A stretch of DNA of 64,000 nt from Nemertoderma westbladi (taxonomy: Eukaryota; Animalia; Xenacoelomorpha). Position 1 is the first letter of the stretch, and each line of letters begins with the position of its first letter. Made by a program: the position numbers and the translations under genes. Location: contig JAUCBJ010002615.1 in the NCBI GenBank assembly GCA_032718475.1, positions 15,079-79,078 of the forward strand, given 5' to 3'. A model generated the notes under the pieces. The model made no database searches. It saw only the letters and a list, made by a program, of their open reading frames with translations, and was not told the DNA's origin. This document shows positions 13,701 to 28,700 of the stretch, in pieces.

Positions 13701-16700
13701 AACCAGCGATCAGTTTAGGAACATTGTTAATCAGCGACCAGTTTAGGAACATTGTTAATCAGCGATCAGTTTAGGAACATTGTTAATCAGCGATCAGTTT
13801 AGGAACATTGTTAATCAGCGATCAGTTTAGGAACATTGTTAATCAGCGATCAGTTTAGGAACATTGTTAATCAGCGACCAGTTTAGGAACATTGTTAATC
13901 AGCGATCAGTTTAGGAACATTGTTAATCAGCGATCAGTTTAGGAACATTGTTAATCAGCGATCAGTTTAGGAACATTGTTAATCAGCGATCAGTTTAGGA
14001 ACATTGTTAATCAGCGATCAGTTTAGGAACATTGTTAATCAGCGATCAGTTTAGGAACATTGTTAATCAGCGACCAGTTTAGGAACATTGTTAATCAGCG
14101 ATCAGTTTAGGAACATTGTAAACCAGCGACCAGTTTGGGAACATTGTTAATCAGCGACCAGTTTAGGAACATTGTAAACCAGCGATCAGTTTAGGAACAT
14201 TGTTAATCAGCGATCAGTTTAGGAACATTGTTAATCAGCGATCAGTTTAGGAACATTGTTAATCAGCGATCAGTTTAGGAACATTGTTAATCAGCGATCA
14301 GTTTAGGAACATTGTTAATCAGCGATCAGTTTAGGAACATTGTAAACTAGCGACCAGTTTGGGAACATTGTAAACCAGCGACCAGTTTAGGAACATTGTT
14401 AATCAGCGATCAGTTTAGGAACATTGTTAATCAGCGATCAGTTTAGGAACATTGTAAACTAGCGACCAGTTTGGGAACATTGTTAATCAGCGATCAGTTT
14501 AGGAACATTGTAAACTAGCGACCAGTTTGGGAACATTGTAAACCAGCGACCAGTTTAGGAACATTGTTAATCAGCGATCAGTTTAGGAACATTGTTAATC
14601 AGCGATCAGTTTAGGAACATTGTTAATCAGCGATCAGTTTAGGAACATTGTTAATCAGCGATCAGTTTAGGAACATTGTAAACTAGCGACCAGTTTGGGA
14701 ACATTGTAAACCAGCGACCAGTTTAGGAACATTGTAAACCAGCGATCAGTTTAGGAACATTGTTAATCAGCGACCAGTTTAGGAACATTGTTAATCAGCG
14801 ATCAGTTTAGGAACATTGTTAATCAGCGATCAGTTTAGGAACATTGTTAATCAGCGATCAGTTTAGGAACATTGTTAATCAGCGATCAGTTTAGGAACAT
14901 TGTTAATCAGCGATCAGTTTAGGAACATTGTAAACTAGCGACCAGTTTGGGAACATTGTAAACCAGCGACCAGTTTAGGAACATTGTAAACCAGCGATCA
15001 GTTTAGGAACATTGTTAATCAGCGACCAGTTTAGGAACATTGTTAATCAGCGATCAGTTTAGGAACATTGTTAATCAGCGATCAGTTTAGGAACATTGTT
15101 AATCAGCGATCAGTTTAGGAACATTGTTAATCAGCGATCAGTTTAGGAACATTGTTAATCAGCGATCAGTTTAGGAACATTGTTAATCAGCGATCAGTTT
15201 AGGAACATTGTAAACTAGCGACCAGTTTGGGAACATTGTAAACCAGCGACCAGTTTAGGAACATTGTAAACCAGCGATCAGTTTAGGAACATTGTTAATC
15301 AGCGACCAGTTTAGGAACATTGTTAATCAGCGACCAGTTTAGGAACATTGTTAATCAGCGATCAGTTTAGGAACATTGTTAATCAGCGACCAGTTTGGGA
15401 ACATTGTAAACCAGCGACCAGTTTAGGAACATTGTTAATCAGCGACCAGTTTAGGAACATTGTAAACCAGCGACCAGTTTGGGAACATTGTAGGAACTGG
15501 CGACCAGTTTAGGAACATTGTTAATCAGCGATCAGTTTAGGAACATTGTTAATCAGCGATCAGTTTAGGAACATTGTTAATCAGCGATCAGTTTAGGAAC
15601 ATTGTAAACTAGCGACCAGTTTGGGAACATTGTAGGAACTGGCGACCAGTTTAGGAACATTGTTAATCAGCGATCAGTTTAGGAACATTGTTAATCAGCG
15701 ATCAGTTTAGGAACATTGTTAATCAGCGACCAGTTTGGGAACATTGTAAACCAGCGACCAGTTTAGGAACATTGTTAATCAGCGACCAGTTTAGGAACAT
15801 TGTAAACCAGCGACCAGTTTAGGAACATTGTTAATCAGCGACCAGTTTAGGAACATTGTTAATCAGCGATCAGTTTAGGAACATTGTAAACCAGCGACCA
15901 GTTTCGGAACATTGTTAATCAGCGATCAGTTTAGGAACATTGTTAATCAGCGATCAGTTTAGGAACATTGTAAACCAGCGACCAGTTTAGGAACATTGTT
16001 AATCAGCGACCAGTTTAGGAACATTGTTAATCAGCGACCAGTTTAGGAACATTGTTAATCAGCGATCAGTTTAGGAACATTGTTAATCAGCGACCAGTTT
16101 AGGAACATTGTAAACCAGCGACCAGTTTAGGAACATTGTTAATCAGCGACCAGTTTAGGAACATTGTTAATCAGCGACCAGTTTAGGAACATTGTAAACC
16201 AGCGACCAGTTTAGGAACATTGTTAATCAGCGATCAGTTTAGGAACATTGTTAATCAGCGATCAGTTTAGGAACATTGTAAACCAGCGACCAGTTTAGGA
16301 ACATTGTTAATCAGCGATCAGTTTAGGAACATTGTTAATCAGCGATCAGTTTAGGAACATTGTAAACCAGCGATCAGTTTAGGAACATTGTTAATCAGCG
16401 ACCAGTTTAGGAACATTGTAAACCAGCGACCAGTTTAGGAACATTGTTAATCAGCGATCAGTTTAGGAACATTGTTAATCAGCGATCAGTTTAGGAACAT
16501 TGTAAACCAGCGACCAGTTTAGGAACATTGTTAATCAGCGATCAGTTTAGGAACATTGTTAATCAGCGATCAGTTTAGGAACATTGTAAACCAGCGATCA
16601 GTTTAGGAACATTGTTAATCAGCGACCAGTTTAGGAACATTGTTAATCAGCGATCAGTTTAGGAACATTGTAAACCAGCGATCAGTTTAGGAACATTGTA

Positions 16701-19700
16701 AACCAGCGATCAGTTTGGGAACATTGTAAACCAGCGACCAGTTTGGGAACATTGTAAACCAGCGACCAGTTTAGGAACATTGTTAATCAGCGACCAGTTT
16801 AGGAACATTGTTAATCAGCGACCAGTTTGGGAACATTGTTAATCAGCGACCAGTTTGGGAACATTGTAAACCAGCGACCAGTTTAGGAACATTGTTAATC
16901 AGCGATCAGTTTAGGAACATTGTTAATCAGCGATCAGTTTAGGAACATTGTTAATCAGCGACCAGTTTAGGAACATTGTTAATCAGCGACCAGTTTAGGA
17001 ACATTGTTAATCAGCGATCAGTTTAGGAACATTGTTAATCAGCGACCAGTTTAGGAACATTGTTAATCAGCGACCAGTTTGGGAACATTGTAAACCAGCG
17101 ATCAGTTTAGGAACATTGTTAATCAGCGACCAGTTTAGGAACATTGTTAATCAGCGACCAGTTTAGGAACATTGTTAATCAGCGATCAGTTTAGGAACAT
17201 TGTTAATCAGCGACCAGTTTAGGAACATTGTTAATCAGCGATCAGTTTAGGAACATTGTTAATCAGCGATCAGTTTAGGAACATTGTTAATCAGCGACCA
17301 GTTTAGGAACATTGTTAATCAGCGATCAGTTTAGGAACATTGTTAATCAGCGACCAGTTTAGGAACATTGTAAACCAGCGACCAGTTTGGGAACATTGTA
17401 AACCAGCGACCAGTTTGGGAACATTGTAAACCAGCGACCAGTTTGGGAACATTGTAAACCAGCGACCAGTTTGGGAACATTGTAGGAACTGGCGACCAGT
17501 TTGGGAACATTGTTAATCAGCGACCAGTTTAGGAACATTGTAAACCAGCGACCAGTTTGGGAACATTGTAAACCAGCGACCAGTTTGGGAACATTGTAAA
17601 CCAGCGACCAGTTTGGGAACATTGTAGGAACTGGCGACCAGTTTGGGAACATTGTTAATCAGCGACCAGTTTAGGAACATTGTAAACCAGCGACCAGTTT
17701 GGGAACATTGTAAACCAGCGACCAGTTTGGGAACATTGTAAACCAGCGACCAGTTTGGGAACATTGTAAACCAGCGACCAGTTTGGGAACATTGTAGGAA
17801 CTGGCGACCAGTTTGGGAACATTGTTAATCAGCGACCAGTTTAGGAACATTGTAAACCAGCGACCAGTTTGGGAACATTGTAAACCAGCGACCAGTTTGG
17901 GAACATTGTAAACCAGCGACCAGTTTGGGAACATTGTAGGAACTGGCGACCAGTTTGGGAACATTGTTAATCAGCGACCAGTTTAGGAACATTGTTAATC
18001 AGCGATCAGTTTAGGAACATTGTAAACCAGCGACCAGTTTGGGAACATTGTAAACCAGCGACCAGTTTGGGAACATTGTTAATCAGCGACCAGTTTAGGA
18101 ACATTGTTAATCAGCGATCAGTTTAGGAACATTGTTAATCAGCGACCAGTTTAGGAACATTGTAAACCAGCGACCAGTTTGGGAACATTGTAAACCAGCG
18201 ACCAGTTTGGGAACATTGTAAACCAGCGACCAGTTTGGGAACATTGTAGGAACTGGCGACCAGTTTGGGAACATTGTTAATCAGCGACCAGTTTAGGAAC
18301 ATTGTAAACCAGCGACCAGTTTGTGAACATTGTAAACCAGCGACCAGTTTGGGAACATTGTAAACCAGCGACCAGTTTGGGAACATTGTAGGAACTGGCG
18401 ACCAGTTTGGGAACATTGTTAATCAGCGACCAGTTTAGGAACATTGTAAACCAGCGACCAGTTTGGGAACATTGTAAACCAGCGACCAGTTTGGGAACAT
18501 TGTAAACCAGCGACCAGTTTGGGAACATTGTAAACCAGCGACCAGTTTGGGAACATTGTAGGAACTGGCGACCAGTTTGGGAACATTGTTAATCAGCGAC
18601 CAGTTTAGGAACATTGTAAACCAGCGACCAGTTTGGGAACATTGTAAACCAGCGACCAGTTTGGGAACATTGTAAACCAGCGACCAGTTTGGGAACATTG
18701 TAAACCAGCGACCAGTTTGGGAACATTGTAGGAACTGGCGACCAGTTTGGGAACATTGTTAATCAGCGACCAGTTTAGGAACATTGTAAACCAGCGACCA
18801 GTTTGGGAACATTGTAAACCAGCGACCAGTTTGGGAACATTGTTGGAACTGGCGACTAGTTTGGGAACATTGTAAACCAGCCACCAGTTTGGAAACATTG
18901 TAAACCAGCCACCAGTTTGGAAACATTGTAAACCAGCCACCAGTTTGGGAACACTGTAAACCAGCGACCAGTTTGGGAACATTGTAAACCAGCGACCAGT
19001 TTGGGAACATTGTAAACCAGCGACCAGTTTGGGAACATTGTAGGAACTGGCGACCAGTTTGGGAACATTGTAAACCAGCTACCAGTTTGGGAACATTGTA
19101 AACCAGCCACCAGTTTGGGAACATTGTAAACCAGCGACCAGTTTGGGAACATTGTAAACCAGCGACCAGTTTGGGAACATTGTAAACCAGCGACCAGTTT
19201 AGGAACATTGTAAACCATCGACCAGTTTGGGAATATTGTAAACCAGTGACCAGTTTGGGAACATTGTAAACCAGCCACCAGTTTGGAAACATTCTAAACC
19301 AGCCACCAGTTTGGGAACATTGTAAACCAGCGACTAGTTTGGGAACATTGTAAACCAGCCACCAGTTTGGGAACATTGTAAACCAGCGACCAGTTTGGGA
19401 ACATTGTAAACCAGCGACCAGTTTGGGAACATTGTAAACCAGCGACCAGTTTGGGAACATTGTAGGAACTGGCGACCAGTTTGGGAACATTGTAAACCAG
19501 CCACCAGTTTGGGAACATTGTAAACCAGCCACCAGTTTGGGAACATTGTAAACCAACGACCAGTTTGGGAACATTGTAAACCAGCGACCAGTTTGGGAAC
19601 ATTGTTAATCAGCGACCAGTTTAGGAACATTGTTAATCAGCGATCAGTTTAGGAACATTGTTAATCAGCGATCAGTTTAGGAACATTGTTAATCAGCGAC

Positions 19701-22700
19701 CAGTTTAGGAACATTGTTAATCAGCGATCAGTTTAGGAACATTGTTAATCAGCGACCAGTTTAGGAACATTGTTAATCAGCGATCAGTTTAGGAACATTG
19801 TTAATCAGCGACCAGTTTAGGAACATTGTTAATCAGCGACCAGTTTAGGAACATTGTTAATCAGCGATCAGTTTAGGAACATTGTTAATCAGCGACCAGT
19901 TTAGGAACATTGTTAATCAGCGATCAGTTTAGGAACATTGTTAATCAGCGACCAGTTTAGGAACATTGTAAACCAGCGACCAGTTTGGGAACATTGTAAA
20001 CCAGCGACCAGTTTGGGAACATTGTAAACCAGCGACCAGTTTGGGAACATTGTAAACCAGCGACCAGTTTGGGAACATTGTAGGAACTGGCGACCAGTTT
20101 GGGAACATTGTTAATCAGCGACCAGTTTAGGAACATTGTAAACCAGCGACCAGTTTGGGAACATTGTAAACCAGCGACCAGTTTGGGAACATTGTAAACC
20201 AGCGACCAGTTTGGGAACATTGTAGGAACTGGCGACCAGTTTGGGAACATTGTTAATCAGCGACCAGTTTAGGAACATTGTAAACCAGCGACCAGTTTGG
20301 GAACATTGTAAACCAGCGACCAGTTTGGGAACATTGTAAACCAGCGACCAGTTTGGGAACATTGTAAACCAGCGACCAGTTTGGGAACATTGTAGGAACT
20401 GGCGACCAGTTTGGGAACATTGTTAATCAGCGACCAGTTTAGGAACATTGTAAACCAGCGACCAGTTTGGGAACATTGTAAACCAGCGACCAGTTTGGGA
20501 ACATTGTAAACCAGCGACCAGTTTGGGAACATTGTAGGAACTGGCGACCAGTTTGGGAACATTGTTAATCAGCGACCAGTTTAGGAACATTGTTAATCAG
20601 CGATCAGTTTAGGAACATTGTAAACCAGCGACCAGTTTGGGAACATTGTAAACCAGCGACCAGTTTGGGAACATTGTTAATCAGCGACCAGTTTAGGAAC
20701 ATTGTTAATCAGCGATCAGTTTAGGAACATTGTTAATCAGCGACCAGTTTAGGAACATTGTAAACCAGCGACCAGTTTGGGAACATTGTAAACCAGCGAC
20801 CAGTTTGGGAACATTGTAAACCAGCGACCAGTTTGGGAACATTGTAGGAACTGGCGACCAGTTTGGGAACATTGTTAATCAGCGACCAGTTTAGGAACAT
20901 TGTAAACCAGCGACCAGTTTGGGAACATTGTAAACCAGCGACCAGTTTGGGAACATTGTAAACCAGCGACCAGTTTGGGAACATTGTAGGAACTGGCGAC
21001 CAGTTTGGGAACATTGTTAATCAGCGACCAGTTTAGGAACATTGTAAACCAGCGACCAGTTTGGGAACATTGTAAACCAGCGACCAGTTTGGGAACATTG
21101 TAAACCAGCGACCAGTTTGGGAACATTGTAAACCAGCGACCAGTTTGGGAACATTGTAGGAACTGGCGACCAGTTTGGGAACATTGTTAATCAGCGACCA
21201 GTTTAGGAACATTGTAAACCAGCGACCAGTTTGGGAACATTGTAAACCAGCGACCAGTTTGGGAACATTGTAAACCAGCGACCAGTTTGGGAACATTGTA
21301 AACCAGCGACCAGTTTGGGAACATTGTAGGAACTGGCGACCAGTTTGGGAACATTGTTAATCAGCGACCAGTTTAGGAACATTGTAAACCAGCGACCAGT
21401 TTGGGAACATTGTAAACCAGCGACCAGTTTGGGAACATTGTTGGAACTGGCGACTAGTTTGGTAACATTGTAAACCAGCCACCAGTTTGGAAACATTGTA
21501 AACCAGCCACCAGTTTGGAAACATTGTAAACCAGCCACCAGTTTGGGAACACTGTAAACCAGCGACCAGTTTGGGAACATTGTAAACCAGCGACCAGTTT
21601 GGGAACATTGTAAACCAGCGACCAGTTTGGGAACATTGTAGGAACTGGCGACCAGTTTGAGAACATTGTAAACCAGCTACCAGTTTGGGAACATTGTAAA
21701 CCAGCCACCAGTTTGGGAACATTGTAAACCAGCGACCAGTTTGGGAACATTGTAAACCAGCGACCAGTTTGGGAACATTGTAAACCAGCGACCAGTTTAG
21801 GAACATTGTAAACCATCGACCAGTTTGGGAATATTGTAAACCAGTGACCAGTTTGGGAACATTGTAAACCAGCCACCAGTTTGAGAACATTGTAAACCAG
21901 CCACCAGTTTGGAAACATTCTAAACCAGCCACCAGTTTGGGAACATTGTAAACCAGCGACCAGTTTGGGAACATTGTAAACCAGCCACCAGTTTGGGAAC
22001 ATTGTAAACCAGCAACCAGTTTGGGAACATTGTAAACCAGCGACCAGTTTGGGAACATTGTAAACCAGCGACCAGTTTGGGAACATTGTAGGAACTGGCG
22101 ACCAGTTTGGGAACATTGTAAACCAGCCACCAGTTTGGGAACATTGTGAACCAGCCACCAGTTTGGGAACATTGTAAACCAACGACCAGTTTGGGAACAT
22201 TGTAAACCAGCGACCAGTTTGGGAACATTGTAAACCTGCGACCAGTTTGGGAACATTGTAAACCAGCGACCAGTTTGGGAACATTGTAGGAACTGGCGAC
22301 CAGTTTGGGAACATTGTTAATCAGCGACCAGTTTAGGAACATTGTAAACCAGCGACCAGTTTGGGAACATTGTAAACCAGCGACCAGTTTGGGAACATTG
22401 TAAACCAGCGACCAGTTTGGGAACATTGTAAACCAGCGACCAGTTTGGGAACATTGTAGGAACTGGCGACCAGTTTGGGAACATTGTTAATCAGCGACCA
22501 GTTTAGGAACATTGTAAACCAGCGACCAGTTTGGGAACATTGTAAACCAGCGACCAGTTTGGGAACATTGTAAACCAGCGACCAGTTTGGGAACATTGTA
22601 AACCAGCGACCAGTTTGGGAACATTGTAGGAACTGGCGACCAGTTTGGGAACATTGTTAATCAGCGACCAGTTTAGGAACATTGTAAACCAGCGACCAGT

Positions 22701-25700
22701 TTGGGAACATTGTAAACCAGCGACCAGTTTGGGAACATTGTTGGAACTGGCGACTAGTTTGGGAACATTGTAAACCAGCCACCAGTTTGGAAACATTGTA
22801 AACCAGCCACCAGTTTGGAAACATTGTAAACAAGCCACCAGTTTGGGAACACTGTAAACCAGCGACCAGTTTGGGAACATTGTAAACCAGCGACCAGTTA
22901 GGGAACATTGTAAACCAGCGACCAGTTTGGGAACATTGTAGGAACTGGCGACCAGTTTGGGAACATTGTAAACCAGCTACCAGTTTGGGAACATTGTAAA
23001 CCAGCCACCAGTTTGGGAACATTGTAAACCAGCGACCAGTTTGGGAACATTGTAAACCAGCGACCAGTTTGGGAACATTGTAAACCAGCGACCAGTTTAG
23101 GAACATTGTAAACCATCGACCAGTTTGGGAATATTGTAAACCAGTGACCAGTTTGGGAACATTGTAAACCAGCCACCAGTTTGAGAACATTGTAAACCAG
23201 CCACCAGTTTGGAAACATTCTAAACCAGCCACCAGTTTGGGAACATTGTAAACCAGCGACCAGTTTGGGAACATTGTAAACCAGCCACCAGTTTGGGAAT
23301 ATTGTAAACCAGCGACCAGTTTGGGAACATTGTAAACCAGCGACCAGTTTGGGAACATTGTAAACCAGCGACCAGTTTGGGAACATTGTAGGAACTGGCG
23401 ACCAGTTTGGGAACATTGTAAACCAGCCACCAGTTTGGGAACATTGTAAACCAGCCACCAGTTTGGGAACATTGTAAACCAACGACCAGTTTGGGAACAT
23501 TGTAAACCAGCGACCAGTTTGGGAACATTGTAAACCAGCGACCAGTTTGGGAACATTGTAAACCAGCGACCAGTTTGGGAACATTGTAAACCATCGACCA
23601 GTTTGGGAATATTGTAAACCAGTGAGCAGTTTGGGAACATTGTAAACCAGCCACCAGTTTGGGAACATTGTAAACCAGCGACCAGTTTGGGAACATTGTA
23701 AACCAGCGACCAGTTTGGGAACATTGTAAACCAGCGACCAGTTTGGGAACATTGTAGGAACTGGCGACCAGTTTGGGAACATTGTTAATCAGCGACCAGT
23801 TTAGGAACATTGTAAACCAGCGACCAGTTTGGGAACATTGTAAACCAGCGACCAGTTTGGGAACATTGTTGGAACTGGCTACTAGTTTGGTAACATTGTA
23901 AACCAGCCACCAGTTTGGAAACATTGTAAACCAGCCACCAGTTTGGAAACATTGTAAACCAGCCACCAGTTTGGGAACACTGTAAACCAGCGACCAGTTT
24001 GGGAACATTGTAAACCAGCGACCAGTTTGGGAACATTGTAAACCAGCGACCAGTTTGGGAACATTGTAGGAACTGGCGACCAGTTTGAGAACATTGTAAA
24101 CCAGCTACCAGTTTGGGAACATTGTAAACCAGCCACCAGTTTGGGAACATTGTAAACCAGCGACCAGTTTGGGAACATTGTAAACCAGCGACCAGTTTGG
24201 GAACATTGTAAACCAGCGACCAGTTTAGGAACATTGTAAACCATCGACCAGTTTGGGAATATTGTAAACCAGTGACCAGTTTGGGAACATTGTAAACCAG
24301 CCACCAGTTTGAGAACATTGTAAACCAGCCACCAGTTTGGAAACATTCTAAACCAGCCACCAGTTTGGGAACATTGTAAACCAGCGACCAGTTTGGGAAC
24401 ATTGTAAACCAGCCACCAGTTTGGGAACATTGTAAACCAGCAACCAGTTTGGGAACATTGTAAACCAGCGACCAGTTTGGGAACATTGTAAACCAGCGAC
24501 CAGTTTGGGAACATTGTAGGAACTGGCGACCAGTTTGGGAACATTGTAAACCAGCCACCAGTTTGGGAACATTGTGAACCAGCCACCAGTTTGGGAACAT
24601 TGTAAACCAACGACCAGTTTGGGAACATTGTAAACCAGCGACCAGTTTGGGAACATTGTAAACCTGCGACCAGTTTGGGAACATTGTAAACCAGCGACCA
24701 GTTTGGGAACATTGTAGGAACTGGCGACCAGTTTGGGAACATTGTTAATCAGCGACCAGTTTAGGAACATTGTAAACCAGCGACCAGTTTGGGAACATTG
24801 TAAACCAGCGACCAGTTTGGGAACATTGTAAACCAGCGACCAGTTTGGGAACATTGTAAACCAGCGACCAGTTTGGGAACATTGTAGGAACTGGCGACCA
24901 GTTTGGGAACATTGTTAATCAGCGACCAGTTTAGGAACATTGTAAACCAGCGACCAGTTTGGGAACATTGTAAACCAGCGACCAGTTTGGGAACATTGTA
25001 AACCAGCGACCAGTTTGGGAACATTGTAAACCAGCGACCAGTTTGGGAACATTGTAGGAACTGGCGACCAGTTTGGGAACATTGTTAATCAGCGACCAGT
25101 TTAGGAACATTGTAAACCAGCGACCAGTTTGGGAACATTGTAAACCAGCGACCAGTTTGGGAACATTGTTGGAACTGGCGACTAGTTTGGGAACATTGTA
25201 AACCAGCCACCAGTTTGGAAACATTGTAAACCAGCCACCAGTTTGGAAACATTGTAAACAAGCCACCAGTTTGGGAACACTGTAAACCAGCGACCAGTTT
25301 GGGAACATTGTAAACCAGCGACCAGTTAGGGAACATTGTAAACCAGCGACCAGTTTGGGAACATTGTAGGAACTGGCGACCAGTTTGGGAACATTGTAAA
25401 CCAGCTACCAGTTTGGGAACATTGTAAACCAGCCACCAGTTTGGGAACATTGTAAACCAGCGACCAGTTTGGGAACATTGTAAACCAGCGACCAGTTTGG
25501 GAACATTGTAAACCAGCGACCAGTTTAGGAACATTGTAAACCATCGACCAGTTTGGGAATATTGTAAACCAGTGACCAGTTTGGGAACATTGTAAACCAG
25601 CCACCAGTTTGAGAACATTGTAAACCAGCCACCAGTTTGGAAACATTCTAAACCAGCCACCAGTTTGGGAACATTGTAAACCAGCGACCAGTTTGGGAAC

Positions 25701-28700
25701 ATTGTAAACCAGCCACCAGTTTGGGAATATTGTAAACCAGCGACCAGTTTGGGAACATTGTAAACCAGCGACCAGTTTGGGAACATTGTAAACCAGCGAC
25801 CAGTTTGGGAACATTGTAGGAACTGGCGACCAGTTTGGGAACATTGTAAACCAGCCACCAGTTTGGGAACATTGTAAACCAGCCACCAGTTTGGGAACAT
25901 TGTAAACCAACGACCAGTTTGGGAACATTGTAAACCAGCGACCAGTTTGGGTACATTGTAAACCAGCGACCAGTTTGGGAACATTGTAAACCAGCGACCA
26001 GTTTGGGAACATTGTAAACCATCGACCAGTTTGGGAATATTGTAAACCAGTGAGCAGTTTGGGAACATTGTAAACCAGCCACCAGTTTGGGAACATTGTA
26101 AACCAGCCACCAGTTTGGGAACATTGTAAACCAGCGACCAGTTTCGGAACATTGTAAACCAGCGACCAGTTTGGGAACATTGTAAACTATCGGCCAGTTT
26201 GGGAACATTGTAAACCAGCGACCAGTTTGGGAAAATTGTAAACCAGCCACCAGTTTGGGAACATTGTAAACCAGCCACCAATTTGGGAACATTGTAAACC
26301 AGCGACCAGTTTGGGAACATTGTAAACCAGCGACCAGTTTGGGAACATTGTAAACTAGAGACCAGTTTGGGAACATTGTAAACCAGCGACCAGTTTGGGA
26401 TCATTGCAAACCAGCGACTAGTTTGGGATCATTGTAAACCGGCGACCAGTTTTGGAACATTGTAAACCAGCGACCAGTTTGGGAACATTGTAAACCAGCG
26501 ACCAGTTTGGGAACATTGTAAACCATCGACCAGTTTGGGAATATTGTAAACCAGTGAGCAGTTTGGGAACATTGTAAACCAGCCACCAGTTTGGGAACAT
26601 TGTAAACCAGCCACCAGTTTGGGAACATTGTAAACCAGCGACCAGTTTGGGAACATTGTAAACCAGCGACCAGTTTGGGAACATTGTAAACCATCGGCCA
26701 GTTTGGGAACATTGTAAACCAGCGACCAGTTTGGGAAAATTGTAAACCAGCCACCAGTTTGGGAACATTGTAAACCAGCCACCAGTTTGGGATCATTGCA
26801 AACCAGCGACTAGTTTGGGATCATTGTAAACCGGCGACCAGTTTTGGAACATTGTAAACCAGCGACCAGTTTGGGAACATTGTAAACCAGCGACCAGTTT
26901 GGGAACATTGTAAACCATCGACCAGTTTGGGAATATTGTAAACCAGTGAGCAGTTTGGGAACATTGTAAACCAGCCACCAGTTTGGGAACATTGTAAACC
27001 AGCCACCAGTTTGGGAACATTGTAAACCAGCGACCAGTTTGGGAACATTGTAAACCAGCGACCAGTTTGGGAACATTGTAAACCATGGGCCAGTTTGGGA
27101 ACATTGTAAACCAGCGACCAGTTTGGGAAAATTGTAAACCAGCCACCAGTTTGGGAACATTGTAAACCAGCCACCAATTTGGGAACATTGTAAACCAGCG
27201 ACCAGTTTGGGAACATTGTAAACCAGCGACCAGTTTGGGAACATTGTAAACTAGAGACCAGTTTGGGAACATTGTAAACCAGCGACCAGTTTGGGATCAT
27301 TGTAAACCGGCGACCAGTTTTGGAACATTGTAAACCAGCGACCAGTTTGGGAACATTGTAAACCAGCAACCAGTTTGGGAATATTGTAAACCAGTGACCA
27401 GTTTGGGAACATTGTAAACCAGCGACTAGTTTGGGATCATTGTAAACCGGTGACCAGTTTGGGAACATTGTAGGACTAACTAGCGACCAGTTTAGGAACA
27501 TTGTAAACCAGTGACCAGTTTGGGAACATTGTAGGAACTGGCGACTAGTTTGGGAACATTGTAAACCAGCGACCAGTTTGGGAACATTGTAAACCAGCGA
27601 CCAGTTTGGGAATATTGTAAACCAGTGACCAGTTTGGGAACATTGTAAACCAGCGACCAGTTTGGGAATATTGTAAACCAGTGACCAGTTTGGGAATATT
27701 GTAAACCAGTGACCAGTTTGGGAACATTGTAAACCAGCGACCAGTTTGGGATCATTGTAAACCGGCGACCAGTTTGGGAACATTGTAAACCAGCGACCAG
27801 TTTGGGAACATTGTAAACCAGCGACCAGTTTGGGAACATTGTAAAACAGCGACTAGTTTGGGATCATTGTAAACCGGCGACCAGTTTGGGAACATTGTAA
27901 ACCAGCCACCAATTTGGGAACATTGTAAACCAGCGACCAGTTTGGGAACATTGTAAACCAGCGACCAGTTTGGGAATATTGTAAACCAGCGACCAGTTTG
28001 GGAACATTGTAAACCAGCGACCAGTTTGGGAATATTGTAAACCAGTGACCAGTTTTGGAACATTGTAAACCAGCGACCAGTTTGGGAATATTGTAAACCA
28101 GCGACCAGTTTGGGAACATTGTAAACCAGCGACCAGTTTGGGAATATTGTAAACCAGTGACCAGTTTTGGAACATTGTAAACCAGCGACTAGTTTGGGAT
28201 CATTGTAAACCGGCGACCAGTTTGGGAACATTGTAAACCAGCGACCAGTTTGGGAATATTGCAAACCAGTGACCAGTTTGGGAACATTGTAAACCAGCGA
28301 CCAGTTTGGGAATATTGCAAACCAGTGACCAGTTTGGGAACATTGTAAACCAGCGACTAGTTTGGGATCATTGTAAACCAGCGACTAGTTTGGGATCATT
28401 GTAAACCAGCCACCAATTTGGGAACATTGTAAACCAGCGACCAGTTTGGGAACATTGTAAACCAGCCACCAATTTGGGAACATTGTAAACCAGCGACCAG
28501 TTTGGGAACATTGTAAACCAGCCACCAATTTGGGAACATTGTAAACCAGCGACCAGTTTGGGAACATTGTAAACCAGCGACCAGTTTGGGAACATTGTAA
28601 ACCGGCGACCAGTTTGGAAACATTGTAAACCAGCGACCAGTTTGGGAACATTGTAAACCAGCGACCAGTTTGGGAACATTGTAAAACAGCGACTAGTTTG

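Noticed and set aside
7758-17300. Telomeric repeat (TTAGG/TTTGGG words in the monomer)
   Set aside because: The words are single embedded 5-6-mers, the array is interstitial, and kilobase-scale duplications of variant patterns point to recombination rather than telomerase addition.
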